Assembly (NCBI GenBank): GCA_026129095.1
Contig: JAHCIT010000004.1
Coordinates: 62,001 to 126,000 of the forward strand
Reading direction: 5' to 3'
DNA from: Deltaproteobacteria bacterium
GTDB taxonomy: Bacteria; JAGRBM01; JAHCIT01
DNA length: 64,000 nucleotides
A model generated the notes under the pieces. It was not told the DNA's origin and made no database searches. It saw only the letters and a list, made by a program, of their open reading frames with translations. Made by a program: the position numbers and the translations under genes. Each line of letters opens with the position of its first letter. Within the stretch, counting starts at the first letter, position 1. Positions 27,843 through 37,030 of this stretch are shown here, piece after piece.

Positions 27843-28382
27843 ATGGTTGTCAAGAACGCAAAAACGAAATCCATCCTGTCTGTATCCACCGCCGCCGCGC
27901 TGATGACGGCAGGGGCCCTCAGCTTCGGCAGCATCGGCTGCGGAAACAACGACCGCATCTACGGCTGTGGGGATGAGATCGACGGGGTCAATACCAGCGG
28001 AGTCACGCAGGCCTTCTTTTCCGCATACGACGGCGATGATGTGGAAACCTACTGGACCTGCGAGGTCGAGAAGATCGACGACGAACTGCCCGGCGAACTG
28101 CAACTGAACAATTTCCTGTTCTTCATGCTGGCCGACGGAACGGGAAGCTCCGAAGGCATCGGCGAGGTGCTGGAGTGGGAAGCTGGCGAGGAATGCGGAG
28201 AGCTTTCCGTTACCTCCAGTGACGAGAACTTCGGCACGTTCATCATCCGCGACATCGAGGTGGAGGGCGACGACCTGGAGGAGGCATCCTTCAACATGGC
28301 GGGCGACTTCAACTTCGGCGAAGGCGGCACCGCCAACGCGATGGAAGTCACCTGCGTGAAGCAGGAGTCCGTGGAAGAATAA
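27843..28382 (+). CDS. Highly acidic lipoprotein, unknown function
   Basis: Basic N-terminus, hydrophobic stretch and lipobox 'SIGC'. The mature part is D/E-rich. Confidence 0.7.
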   Translation: MVVKNAKTKSILSVSTAAALMTAGALSFGSIGCGNNDRIYGCGDEIDGVNTSGVTQAFFSAYDGDDVETYWTCEVEKIDDELPGELQLNNFLFFMLADGTGSSEGIGEVLEWEAGEECGELSVTSSDENFGTFIIRDIEVEGDDLEEASFNMAGDFNFGEGGTANAMEVTCVKQESVEE

Positions 28383-28413
28383 CCAGTCCGGCTTCCGGCC
28401 AGACCAACGCCAG

Positions 28414-28446
28414 ACGCCCGGCACCCCGAAAGGGGCCGGGCGTTTT
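28414..28446 (+). terminator. Intrinsic terminator between convergent genes
   Basis: acgcccggc-a-cccc-GAAA-ggggccgggcgt followed by TTT. Confidence 0.7.
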
Positions 28447-28448
28447 GC

Positions 28449-28991
28449 TTACCACTTCACGTGATAGGTGCAGGAGTCGGCCCCGAGCTTGCGGCAGGGG
28501 CAGGTGTCGTCGTGCTCGACGGTGACGCGCATCGAACCGGCCGGCTTGAACCGGTAGGCCATCGCCTCGATGATTCCCCGGTCGAAATCGCACGGATAGG
28601 GGTTCTCGCAGACCATCGTAGCCGAGCGCGGGCCGGTCTTCCGGTAACCGTAGCGGCCGATCTCACCCTTGCGGTGGTTCATGTGGTAGGCGACATCGAT
28701 GCTTTCGAGCGCCTGCTCGATCGTCTGGATATCCGGCGGGAAGTTGGCGTTCTCCGGGATCTTCATCCCGATGTTGTTCAGGGTGCGGGCGCCGATCTCG
28801 TCGGATATCCGCCGGAAGGAGATGAGCCACGACTGCTGGGAATACCACTGGCCGGGCCGGGGATCGGCAATGCCGTTGGTGGCAAGGATCTCGTGAGCCC
28901 GCTTCTTGAAGTAGCCCATGCCGTCCACGATCGCGAGGACGGTCTCCCCGTTGACCTCAACACCCTGCGCGAAGGCACGGAACTGCGCCAT
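28449..28991 (-). CDS. Stand-alone V4R-like small-ligand-binding protein
   Basis: 'CENPYPCDFDRGII' and 'CRKLGADSCTYHVKW'. GGAGGGG RBS before ATG 28991. Confidence 0.75.
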   Translation of the reverse strand: MAQFRAFAQGVEVNGETVLAIVDGMGYFKKRAHEILATNGIADPRPGQWYSQQSWLISFRRISDEIGARTLNNIGMKIPENANFPPDIQTIEQALESIDVAYHMNHRKGEIGRYGYRKTGPRSATMVCENPYPCDFDRGIIEAMAYRFKPAGSMRVTVEHDDTCPCRKLGADSCTYHVKW

Positions 28992-29351
28992 GACTTTCCC
29001 CTCCGAAAATCCCTGCCGCACCGTTGACACCGGAACCTGCGTCCCGGCGCGGCTCAGTTCATGGTTAACACTTTCGTAATCCAGACCCCGGTGTGTTTCA
29101 AGTCACAAAACCGGGTAAAAGTGGCCCTATGGCCTATTTTGATACATTTTATCCATTTTTCTCGTGATACGTCTCACATAGCAATTCTCTGCTTCTGGAA
29201 ATCTGCAAGGCGTGCTGAATCTGGCTCATCCAGTGCTGGCAGGCAGACGCCGCGAAACGGACATGGGCGGGCGCCACGTTCCCTTGTCTTTCCGCCGGGA
29301 AACCTTCCAAATGGAAAGGTCCGGCCGGAGAGGGGCCGCTTCCGTCCATTG

Positions 29352-30449
29352 ATGCCGATTTCCGTTTTGACATCGCGGCTCGCCGCAGCCCTTTGCCTCG
29401 CCGCGCTGGTTTCCGGCCCGGCTGCCTGCGCCCGGCGCGAATCGATCTACGTCGGCGTGCCCGCACTCCCGCCGCTGCCCGAGCAGCCCGACCGGCTGGG
29501 GCCGGGCGAGCACCGGATCCACCTGCACTTCCAGGGTTACGAGCGGTCGTACGTGATTCACGTGCCCTCCGGCTACCGGCCCGACGAGGCGTTGCCGCTC
29601 GTCATCATGCTCCACGGCGCCGGGGCCAAGGCCCGTAACACCAACCGGCAGACGAACTGGTCCGCCGTGGCCGAGGAACGGCGCTTTGCCGTGGTGCTGC
29701 CAGAGGGCACCGCCGCCATCAAGTCCCTGCCGGCCCGGTTTCTCGCCAATCCCCAGTCCTGGAACGACGGCAGCGGGCGCGGCCCGGCCGCCAGATCGAA
29801 CGAGAACGACGTGGGGTTCATCCACACCGTCATCACCGATGCCGGATCGCGGGTCACGATCGACCTGCACCGCATCTACGTGGCGGGCTTTTCCAACGGC
29901 GCGTCGATGGCCTTCCGCATCGCGGCCGAGCTGTCGAACAAGATCGCCGCCGCCGGAATCGTCGCCGGCCACTACCGCCTGAAGGGATACACGCCCGCCC
30001 GCAGCGTGCCGCTTATCTACATCGTGGGGACCGAAGACCCGCTGACTCCCCTGGACGGCGGCGAGATATCTCTCCCCTGGGGACTGTCAATGATCCAGCC
30101 GCCCGTCCGGGACACGATCGCCCAGTGGACGCGGCTGCTCGGCTGCGTGCGCGAGCCGGACGAGACGCACAAAAACGGCGAGGTGACGCTGTTCGCCTAC
30201 CAGACCTGCCGGGGCGGCGGCGAGGTCCACTACTATCTTGTCGAGGGCATGGGGCATGTGTGGCCCGGCGGCGACCCGATGCTGCCCGAATGGGCGGTGG
30301 GCAGGCCGAGCGACGCCATTGACGGCAGCCGCGTGATCTGGGACTTTTTCAGCCGTCACCAGCTCGCGCCCGGTGTCTTTCCGAGCTGGACGCCCCCGCA
30401 CCCCGGCGCGGACCACGCGCAGACGGTTCCGGCGGAGCCGGGCGGCTGA
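29352..30449 (+). CDS. PHB-depolymerase/LpqC-family secreted esterase
   Basis: 'PLVIMLHG', nucleophile 'GFSNG', 'GTEDPL', 'GMGHVWPG' and 'IWDFF'. Lipoprotein-like signal from ATG 29352. Confidence 0.88.
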   Translation: MPISVLTSRLAAALCLAALVSGPAACARRESIYVGVPALPPLPEQPDRLGPGEHRIHLHFQGYERSYVIHVPSGYRPDEALPLVIMLHGAGAKARNTNRQTNWSAVAEERRFAVVLPEGTAAIKSLPARFLANPQSWNDGSGRGPAARSNENDVGFIHTVITDAGSRVTIDLHRIYVAGFSNGASMAFRIAAELSNKIAAAGIVAGHYRLKGYTPARSVPLIYIVGTEDPLTPLDGGEISLPWGLSMIQPPVRDTIAQWTRLLGCVREPDETHKNGEVTLFAYQTCRGGGEVHYYLVEGMGHVWPGGDPMLPEWAVGRPSDAIDGSRVIWDFFSRHQLAPGVFPSWTPPHPGADHAQTVPAEPGG

Positions 30450-30547
30450 GGTTCCCCTTCGGTCCGCAAACGCCTATACTTCTTTTCACGGGTCGTTCAG
30501 GGGTGCCGGGTTCCGGAGGGGATCAGAAGCCGCGGGGAACAGCACGC

Positions 30548-31249
30548 TTGGGCCACACGATAGTTCACGTTGACGACGATCCCACGATACTGAGACTCGT
30601 TGCGATGGCCTTCGAGAAGTCCGGGCACCGGGTGGTGTCCCTCTCCGAGGCCCCTACCGCGCCCGCGAAGATCCGCGAGGCCCGGCCCGACCTCATCATC
30701 TGCGACATTTCCATGCCGGCGGTGGACGGGTTCCAGCTCATCGGCCAGATCCGCCGGCCGCCCGATCCCGTCGAGGCGCCGGTGGTGTTTTTCTCCGCCG
30801 TCGGCGGCGACGAGGTGGTCTGCCGGGCGTTCGAGCTGGGGGCCGTGGACTTCGTCCGCAAGCCCGCCAGCGTCGTCGAGCTCCTGGCCCGCGTCTCCGC
30901 CCGGCTTTCGCGCCCCGGCGCGGGCCGCAAGGCCGACCTTCGCGGGAACCTCTCCCTGATGACGGTCGCCGACCTCATCACCGCCGCCGAGAGCGCGAGA
31001 AAGTCGGCCGAACTGAAGGTCACCCACAACGGGCAGCCGAGCGAGATCCGGCTCCGCAACGGCCGCATCGTGTCGGCCAGCCACAACGGCGAGAGCGGCG
31101 AGCGGGCCCTCTACCGGATCATCGCCCTGCCCGATGGCGAGTTCGAGATGACGATCATCTCCGGCGATGGCATCGCCGGTCCGCTGGACCTGGAGCCCCG
31201 GTTCGCGCTGATGGAATCGGCCCGGATGAAGGACGAAGGGCTCATTTAG
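30548..31249 (+). CDS. Response regulator with a DUF4388-like output domain
   Basis: REC motifs 'VDDD', 'DISMPAVDG' and 'KP'. C-terminal 'LRGNLSLMTVADLI...GERALYRII...GEF'. Start uncertain (30503 or 30548). Confidence 0.85.
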   Translation: MGHTIVHVDDDPTILRLVAMAFEKSGHRVVSLSEAPTAPAKIREARPDLIICDISMPAVDGFQLIGQIRRPPDPVEAPVVFFSAVGGDEVVCRAFELGAVDFVRKPASVVELLARVSARLSRPGAGRKADLRGNLSLMTVADLITAAESARKSAELKVTHNGQPSEIRLRNGRIVSASHNGESGERALYRIIALPDGEFEMTIISGDGIAGPLDLEPRFALMESARMKDEGLI

Positions 31250-31375
31250 AACCAGCCCTGCCTGCCATCACCTGCGCGGCTGTTTCACATTGCGACAGTC
31301 CGCGGCGTTTTTTTCGCAAGGTTTGAAAAAATCCCTCCCCCGGCCCCGGTTCCCGGTTTACACTTCCGGCATCGT

Positions 31376-31756
31376 ATGGGCGAAGCCGCAAAGAAGCTGA
31401 ACCGCGTCCTGATCGTCGAGGACAACCAGTTCATGAAGACCTTCTACGAGAAGGCCCTCAAGGATCTTCCGGTGGAGTTCCTGTACGCGGGCGACGGCGA
31501 GGATGCAGTCCGCCTGACCCTCACCGAGCGGCCCGCGATGATATTGATGGACATCAACATTCCGAAAATGGATGGCGTCTCGGCCACGCAGCAGATCCGC
31601 AAGTCCGCCGGATGCGAAACCCTGCCGGTCATCGCCGTGAGCGCCCGCAGCCAGGACGCCTACACCCGTTCGGCGGGATTCAGCGAGTTCATTCCGAAGC
31701 CGGTCCATGTGAACGCGCTCCGCGACGCCGTGAAGCGGCATCTCAAGCTGGCCTAG
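31376..31756 (+). CDS. Single-domain response regulator (CheY/DivK-like)
   Basis: 'LIVEDN', 'ILMDINIPKMDG', 'IAVSA' and 'PKPV'. 126 aa. Confidence 0.92.
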   Translation: MGEAAKKLNRVLIVEDNQFMKTFYEKALKDLPVEFLYAGDGEDAVRLTLTERPAMILMDINIPKMDGVSATQQIRKSAGCETLPVIAVSARSQDAYTRSAGFSEFIPKPVHVNALRDAVKRHLKLA

Positions 31757-31776
31757 ACACTGTAGCGGTCCGGTGC

Positions 31777-33174
31777 CTATCCAGCCGGAAGCTCGACGTA
31801 GAAGCCCGCGCCTTCGCCCGACGCACGGTTCGTGTCGGCCCACACGCGGCCGCCGTGCAGTTCGCTGAGCCGCCGGACGATGTTGAGTCCGAGGCCCGTG
31901 CTGAGGGACGAGCGGCCCGCGCCCTTGCGGCGGCGGAGCAGCGCATCGGTATCGAACAGCGTCAGGGCGTCCTCGGGCGAGATGCCCGGCCCCGAATCGA
32001 GCACCGAAATGCGGACCCAGCCGGGGCCGGGGGTTTCCACCGCCACGCGAACCGTCCCGCCCTCTGGCGTGTAGGTGATGGCGTTCTGGACCAGGTTCGT
32101 CAGGATCTGGATCACCTTCGACTGGTCGCCCGTGACCTCGATGTCTTCAGGCGGGAGTTCCACCTGAAGGTCTATCTTCCGGAACTGGGCGGCGGCTTTC
32201 AGCGAATGGACCGATCCCTGCACGGTCCGGACGATGCTGAACCGGCTGCGGGAGAGCACGATCTGCCCGGCTTCGAGGCGGGCGAGGTCCAGCAGGTCGC
32301 GCACCAGCTCCATCATCCGGTCGCCCGATTCTCGGATCGATTTCAGGCTGCCCCGCACGCCCGCCATGTCGCCCGTGGCCACCCGCATCTCGGCCAGTTC
32401 CGTGTGTCCGGCAACTCCGGCCAGCAGGTTCTTCAGGTCATGGGAGCAGATGGCCGCCAGTTCCGTGCGGGAGCGGAACGCCTCCTGCGCCAGCCGGCGC
32501 CGCTTTTCGAGCGCATAGACGACGAGCCCGGCCATCATCACGCCGCCGAAGTTCACCAGATGCGCCACCGTGATGACGACAACAGGGTACGTCGGGATGC
32601 CGGCCGCATGGAGGTAGGGGTATTCGTGTCCCATGAGCGGCGAGTAGGGAATCACGCCCAGCCCCTCGGCGATGATGATCCCCGCATAGGCCCAGGTCGT
32701 CATGAAGGCGTATAAAAGCCCGGTCCAGATGCCGGCGAACAGAGTCCCCAGGATGACGAGCATCGGATAGAGGACGACCACCACCGTCGTCAGCGACCCG
32801 GTGAGATGCACACAGTAGGTAATGATGGCCGTGTCGAACACGCCCATCAGCATCACGATGGCGCGGGGCTGTATCCTCAGGAAAATCAGTGCCGCGCCGA
32901 CGACGCTGGCACCGGCGTAGGCCATGACCGCCGGGAGTTCGTCATAGAAGGCGGGCAGCATTGCCGCGGCCAGGACGATCCCGCCCGAAACCATGGCCCG
33001 GATCACCGAGGCGATCCGCTGCTGCCGGTAGAGGTCGTCGGAGTTGTCGGCGAAGTCGGTCGAGACCGACAGGAGGAACAGGAGACGTCCCAGCGTCCGG
33101 TCGAACAGCCTGAAACGCGGATCAGCCGCGGGAGGCGCAGGGAGCGGGAGCGTACGGTCTACCGATCCGGTCAC
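31777..33174 (-). CDS. Membrane sensor histidine kinase
   Basis: Multiple TMs, 'SHDLKN', 'NLVQNAITYT', 'DSGPGI' and 'GLGLNI'. Start estimated at GTG 33174. Confidence 0.9.
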   Translation of the reverse strand: MTGSVDRTLPLPAPPAADPRFRLFDRTLGRLLFLLSVSTDFADNSDDLYRQQRIASVIRAMVSGGIVLAAAMLPAFYDELPAVMAYAGASVVGAALIFLRIQPRAIVMLMGVFDTAIITYCVHLTGSLTTVVVVLYPMLVILGTLFAGIWTGLLYAFMTTWAYAGIIIAEGLGVIPYSPLMGHEYPYLHAAGIPTYPVVVITVAHLVNFGGVMMAGLVVYALEKRRRLAQEAFRSRTELAAICSHDLKNLLAGVAGHTELAEMRVATGDMAGVRGSLKSIRESGDRMMELVRDLLDLARLEAGQIVLSRSRFSIVRTVQGSVHSLKAAAQFRKIDLQVELPPEDIEVTGDQSKVIQILTNLVQNAITYTPEGGTVRVAVETPGPGWVRISVLDSGPGISPEDALTLFDTDALLRRRKGAGRSSLSTGLGLNIVRRLSELHGGRVWADTNRASGEGAGFYVELPAG

Positions 33175-33384
33175 ATCGGGCGTGGTGTTCTTGCCATTTT
33201 CCAGACAGCAGTACCCGTTCGCTGCCAGCCCCGCCCTTCCCAACCGGAGCCGCCGCAGAAAATCCCCAAGACCAGAACGATTCGGGACCAGTCTAAAGGG
33301 ACAGGTACCCGCATTAAAAGCCCCGGCTGTTTTTTCCGGAAAAATCCCCGCGCAAATATCTGTAATTGCTTTGATTTCTGGCAG

Positions 33385-33416
33385 TGTCACGCCCTGACAT
33401 ACGGTTTACTTACGGT
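33385..33416. promoter_or_regulatory. Operator-like sites in the divergent kinase/activator promoter region
   Basis: Palindrome TGTCA-cgccc-TGACA (33385-33399), then TACGGT repeated at 11-bp spacing (33400, 33411). Confidence 0.4.
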
Positions 33417-33443
33417 ATCCACAGGAATGGGAGGGTTTATCGC

Positions 33444-33791
33444 ATGGGAAACGGACGAAATCCCCTGCCGGCGCGGGACCGGATCGATCACGCGCCGTCA
33501 TCGCACCCAAGGGAGATGCCGGGCAAGACCGCCAGGGAACTGCGCGCCGAACGGGAGGAGGTGATCTGGCTCGACGCGAAGATCCAGTCGGAACTGGGAC
33601 CGGAGGACTATCTGCTCTGCCGGCTTCGCGCCACGGGTCACTCCTGGCAGCAGATCGCCGCCGCCGCGGAGGTCCGGTTCGGCGGCCAGTGGTCGCCCCA
33701 GCGGGCGGCCGCCCGGACCGGGCGGGCGCGGGACCGTCTCAGCCGCTATCTGGAGAAGCTGGCCGAACTGGACGGCGCCGGGGAGAGCTGA
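33444..33791 (+). CDS. Sigma-region-4-like / phage late-activator-like (RinA/ArpU-type) HTH protein
   Basis: GGAGG RBS and ATG 33444. The pattern 'L..EDYLLCRLRATGHSWQQIA......S...A......ARDRL' fits a sigma-4-type HTH. Confidence 0.6.
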   Translation: MGNGRNPLPARDRIDHAPSSHPREMPGKTARELRAEREEVIWLDAKIQSELGPEDYLLCRLRATGHSWQQIAAAAEVRFGGQWSPQRAAARTGRARDRLSRYLEKLAELDGAGES

Positions 33792-33796
33792 CACCC

Positions 33797-34075
33797 ATGA
33801 GCGGCTACATCGTGGGACACAAGGCGATCTGCCAATACCTCGGCTGCTCGCCGAGCACGCTCAAGCGGTGGATCCGCACGGAGGCACTTCCCGTCTGGCG
33901 GCTTGGGCCGGGGACGAAGGGGCGGGTAGGCACGACCGCCACCGCGCTGGAGCGGTGGCTCCAGCAGCGGCCGTCCGCCTCAGCCGCGCCGCCTAGCGGG
34001 AACCTGCGAACCAGCGGAGAAACAGGTCCAGGCTTACCGCGAATCCGGCACGCGGGGCGGCGCCGTAACGGCTGA
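33797..34075 (+). CDS. Excisionase/MerR-like HTH DNA-binding protein
   Basis: 'IVGHKAICQYLGCSPSTLKRWIRTEALPV...LERW'. The 3' end overlaps the convergent gene. Confidence 0.75.
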   Translation: MSGYIVGHKAICQYLGCSPSTLKRWIRTEALPVWRLGPGTKGRVGTTATALERWLQQRPSASAAPPSGNLRTSGETGPGLPRIRHAGRRRNG

Positions 34076-35069
34076 GATCAAGATACCAGTCCGGCACCGG
34101 GCCGCCGCTCTCGCGCAGTTGCCGGGAGAGCGTCTCAAGGCCGGTCTCGTACTCGGCGCCCGCGCCGATCCAGCCGAAGCCCTCCGGCGCGAAGATGTCG
34201 AACGACAGCGCCCGCCCCTGCGCGTCCCGTCTCACCAGCGCGTCGGCGGGAAGGGCCGGCGGGCGGTTCAGGAACACCGGCCGCTCCGGCGCGGCCGGGG
34301 ACGGCGGATCGTCATGGGCGGGGCGGGGGAACGGAGCCTTCACGAAGTTGAGCGGCACCGGGTTGCGGCCCAGCGTGCGGAGATCGTCGGCCTGCTCGGT
34401 GGCCAGCCGGTGGACCAGGTACGAGAGAAAATCCTCGGCCACGTTCATGGCGTCCTCGATCCCGGCGAAGGCGATCCGCGCCTCCACGTCCCATCCGGCG
34501 GCGGGACCGCCGCCGGAATCCCGCTGCACGGGAGCGATCGAGAACACCTTGCCAAGGGCCGGTGCGGCGGCGTCGAGGCGGCACGCCGCGCCGGGGCCGA
34601 ACCCGCGTGCGACCGTGCGTTCGGCCATCTCCACCTGCACGTATCCGTTCCAGTCGAAGTAGTCCCGGATATCCTTCCCGGCGGCGTTGCGGATGCGGAG
34701 CAGCGCCTGTCCCTCCGGCGTCCGGGCCCACAGGTGCCAGTGGGCTTCCGGGGAGGGCGAGGCCACGAGCGGCGGAGCCGCCTGGTACAGGCCGATACCG
34801 GTCACTTTCAGTTCCTGCCCGGCGGCGCCGTCCAGGACCTTGCCCGTCACGGCGAGCGAGCTTTCCGGCGTGAGATTCCGGGCCGCGTCCCACTGGTCCG
34901 GCGGGATGTCCCGGCTGGAGACGATGCACCGGACCTGGCCCGTGCCGTCGCGGACGGTGAGCAGCATGCCCCCCTCGCCCGCCGGAACGGCCGACACCAC
35001 CCAGCCCTTCAGCGTCACCACCCGGCCCGGGTACTGGCGAAGGTTCTGGATGTGGACGTGGCTGAACAT
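33993..35069 (-). CDS. Asparaginyl-tRNA synthetase-like paralog with degenerate catalytic motifs
   Basis: OB fold 'VTLKGWV...VRDGTG...ESSLAVTGKV', plus 'APEGFG' and 'WYLDLSRYG'. Motifs 2 and 3 are altered and the protein is only 358 aa. Confidence 0.75.
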   Translation of the reverse strand: MFSHVHIQNLRQYPGRVVTLKGWVVSAVPAGEGGMLLTVRDGTGQVRCIVSSRDIPPDQWDAARNLTPESSLAVTGKVLDGAAGQELKVTGIGLYQAAPPLVASPSPEAHWHLWARTPEGQALLRIRNAAGKDIRDYFDWNGYVQVEMAERTVARGFGPGAACRLDAAAPALGKVFSIAPVQRDSGGGPAAGWDVEARIAFAGIEDAMNVAEDFLSYLVHRLATEQADDLRTLGRNPVPLNFVKAPFPRPAHDDPPSPAAPERPVFLNRPPALPADALVRRDAQGRALSFDIFAPEGFGWIGAGAEYETGLETLSRQLRESGGPVPDWYLDLSRYGAAPRAGFAVSLDLFLRWFAGSR

Positions 35070-35075
35070 GGCCCC

Positions 35076-35921
35076 TTACTGGAAGGTATAGACGAGGTTC
35101 ACCGTGGTGCGGGTGTCGATATCCTTCTTGAACAGCAGCGGTGCCGGCGGGACAACACTCGTGTCCTGCGGCGGATCGGTCAGGTAGCGGATGTTGAACG
35201 CCACCTTGAGCGCAAGCCGGCCCACGATGCTGGCCGAGAGTGCCGTCGTCGAATCGGTGATGATCCCGCCACCGGATTTCGGGCCGAAGATGGTCGAGGC
35301 GACCTCGCTGAACTCCGCCGTGTCGCTGATCTTCCAGAGGAAGTTGAGCGCGGCGCGGCCAATGAAGTCGTCGTTGCGGATGGCGCCGAACGGCTTGGAG
35401 TGCCGTCCGCCGGGTCCGCCTTCGAGACTGAGCTGGACCTTCTCCTCGTCCACGATCCTGATGCCGTAGCCGCCCGTCTCGGTCACCTGGTATTCGAACC
35501 CGCTGAACTTGTCGTTGATGTATTCGCCTGTGCCGAACAGGTAGTGCCGCCGGGTCAGGCTGTAAGCCGACTTGCCGAACAGCTCGTACCGGCGGGCACT
35601 GGTCTTGGTCTGCCGGGTCGCCTGGTCGAAGCTCCGGGTATAGAGGGCCTTGAAATGGCCGTTGTGGATGAAACTTCCGTGGGCCAGCTCGCCGCTCGTT
35701 CCAGCGTTCAGGCTGGTGGACTTGGTATTACCGGTGGTGAGCAGAAGGCCCAGTTCCGCAGCGGCCTTCCATGTATAGGGCGGAGGAGGCGGCTCGGCTG
35801 CCGGAGTTTCGGCTGCTGGAGTTTCGGCCGCCGGCGGGGCCTCCCCCGCTTCCTGCGCGAAAGCCCGGACCGGGAGCCACATGCCCAGCGCCAGCATCAG
35901 TCCCGCTGCATAATGCTTCAT
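35076..35921 (-). CDS. DUF481/YdiY-family outer-membrane beta-barrel
   Basis: Signal peptide, 'LGLLLTTGNT', 'DKFSGFEY', 'LEGGPG' and terminal 'VNLVYTF'. Confidence 0.85.
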   Translation of the reverse strand: MKHYAAGLMLALGMWLPVRAFAQEAGEAPPAAETPAAETPAAEPPPPPYTWKAAAELGLLLTTGNTKSTSLNAGTSGELAHGSFIHNGHFKALYTRSFDQATRQTKTSARRYELFGKSAYSLTRRHYLFGTGEYINDKFSGFEYQVTETGGYGIRIVDEEKVQLSLEGGPGGRHSKPFGAIRNDDFIGRAALNFLWKISDTAEFSEVASTIFGPKSGGGIITDSTTALSASIVGRLALKVAFNIRYLTDPPQDTSVVPPAPLLFKKDIDTRTTVNLVYTFQ

Positions 35922-36069
35922 CGTCAAACGTCCCCGGATCATCCCTGAAAGTTCCTTCTGGTTTCATCCTTTTAATGGCTGAAACGTATCACGCCCATAG
36001 CACGGGGACCGTTCTGAAAACACCCCCCGCCACTCCCTTCTTTTCTCCCGCCTTGCTACACCCCTTCCT

Positions 36070-36921
36070 GTGACCACCGCCGACGCCGCCCTCCTGGGCC
36101 TGATCCAGGGACTCACCGAATACCTGCCCGTCTCGTCGAGCGGACACCTTGTGCTTGCCCAGCAGTACCTGGGACTCGACATCCCCCCCACGACCATCCT
36201 CGCCTTTGACGTGCTCCTGCATCAGGGGACGCTCGCCGCCGTCCTGTTCTTCTTCCGCCGCGAGCTGGTCCCCATGACCCGGCAGGCCGTGAGTCTGGCG
36301 CTCGCCGGACCGAAGGAGTGGAGGGGATCCGGCAGCCGCTGGCCCCTTGGGCACTTTGCCTGGATGGCCGTGATTGCCACGGTCCCGGCGATCATCGCTG
36401 CCGTCCTTCTGGGGGATTTCTTCGAGGAGGTGTTCGGCAGCGGGCGCTACCTGTGGATCGAGTTCGCCATCACGACGGCCTTCGTGCTCTGGGGACAGCG
36501 GGCGGCGCGAAGGCTGGCGGGTGGCAAGGGGCCCGGCCAGTTCGGCGTCAGGGAGGCTGGCATCACGGGCCTTCTGCAGGCGCTCGCCATCCTGCCGGCG
36601 GTTTCGCGCTCCGGGACCACCGTCGCCGGGGCGCTCGCCATGGGGCTGGAGCGGGAAACCGCCGCGCGGTTTTCCTTCATCATGTCCATACCGGCCCTGC
36701 TCGGCGCGGCGGTCTTCACGACCGGTCCGCTCATGGAGGGTTTCCGCAGCGGCGACATCACGATCGCGGCGGCCGCCGCCGGCACCGTCATTTCCGGCAT
36801 CACGGGATTTCTCACCTTGGGGTTCCTGGTCCGCATCATCCAGGGAGCCCGTTTGTACTGGTTCGCCGTCTACACGGGAGCCCTGTCGCTATTCCTGTTC
36901 GTCCGGGACGTGCTGATGTAG
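36070..36921 (+). CDS. uppP: Undecaprenyl-diphosphate phosphatase
   Basis: 'GLIQGLTEYLPVSSSGHL', 'SRSGTT' and 'AARFSFIMSIP'. Confidence 0.95.
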   Translation: MTTADAALLGLIQGLTEYLPVSSSGHLVLAQQYLGLDIPPTTILAFDVLLHQGTLAAVLFFFRRELVPMTRQAVSLALAGPKEWRGSGSRWPLGHFAWMAVIATVPAIIAAVLLGDFFEEVFGSGRYLWIEFAITTAFVLWGQRAARRLAGGKGPGQFGVREAGITGLLQALAILPAVSRSGTTVAGALAMGLERETAARFSFIMSIPALLGAAVFTTGPLMEGFRSGDITIAAAAAGTVISGITGFLTLGFLVRIIQGARLYWFAVYTGALSLFLFVRDVLM

Positions 36922-37030
36922 GGCCGGAAAAATTCCCCCCGAAAACCCTTGGTTCCGTGTAAAATGACGCTACTATCCCCCGCCCGGTGGTCCTGAAAGG
37001 CCACCCCGAGCACCTCACAAGGGAGGGACA

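Noticed and set aside
33175-33390. Extended N-terminus of the kinase ORF
   Set aside because: It is AT-richer, promoter-like sequence and more plausibly the divergent intergenic region.
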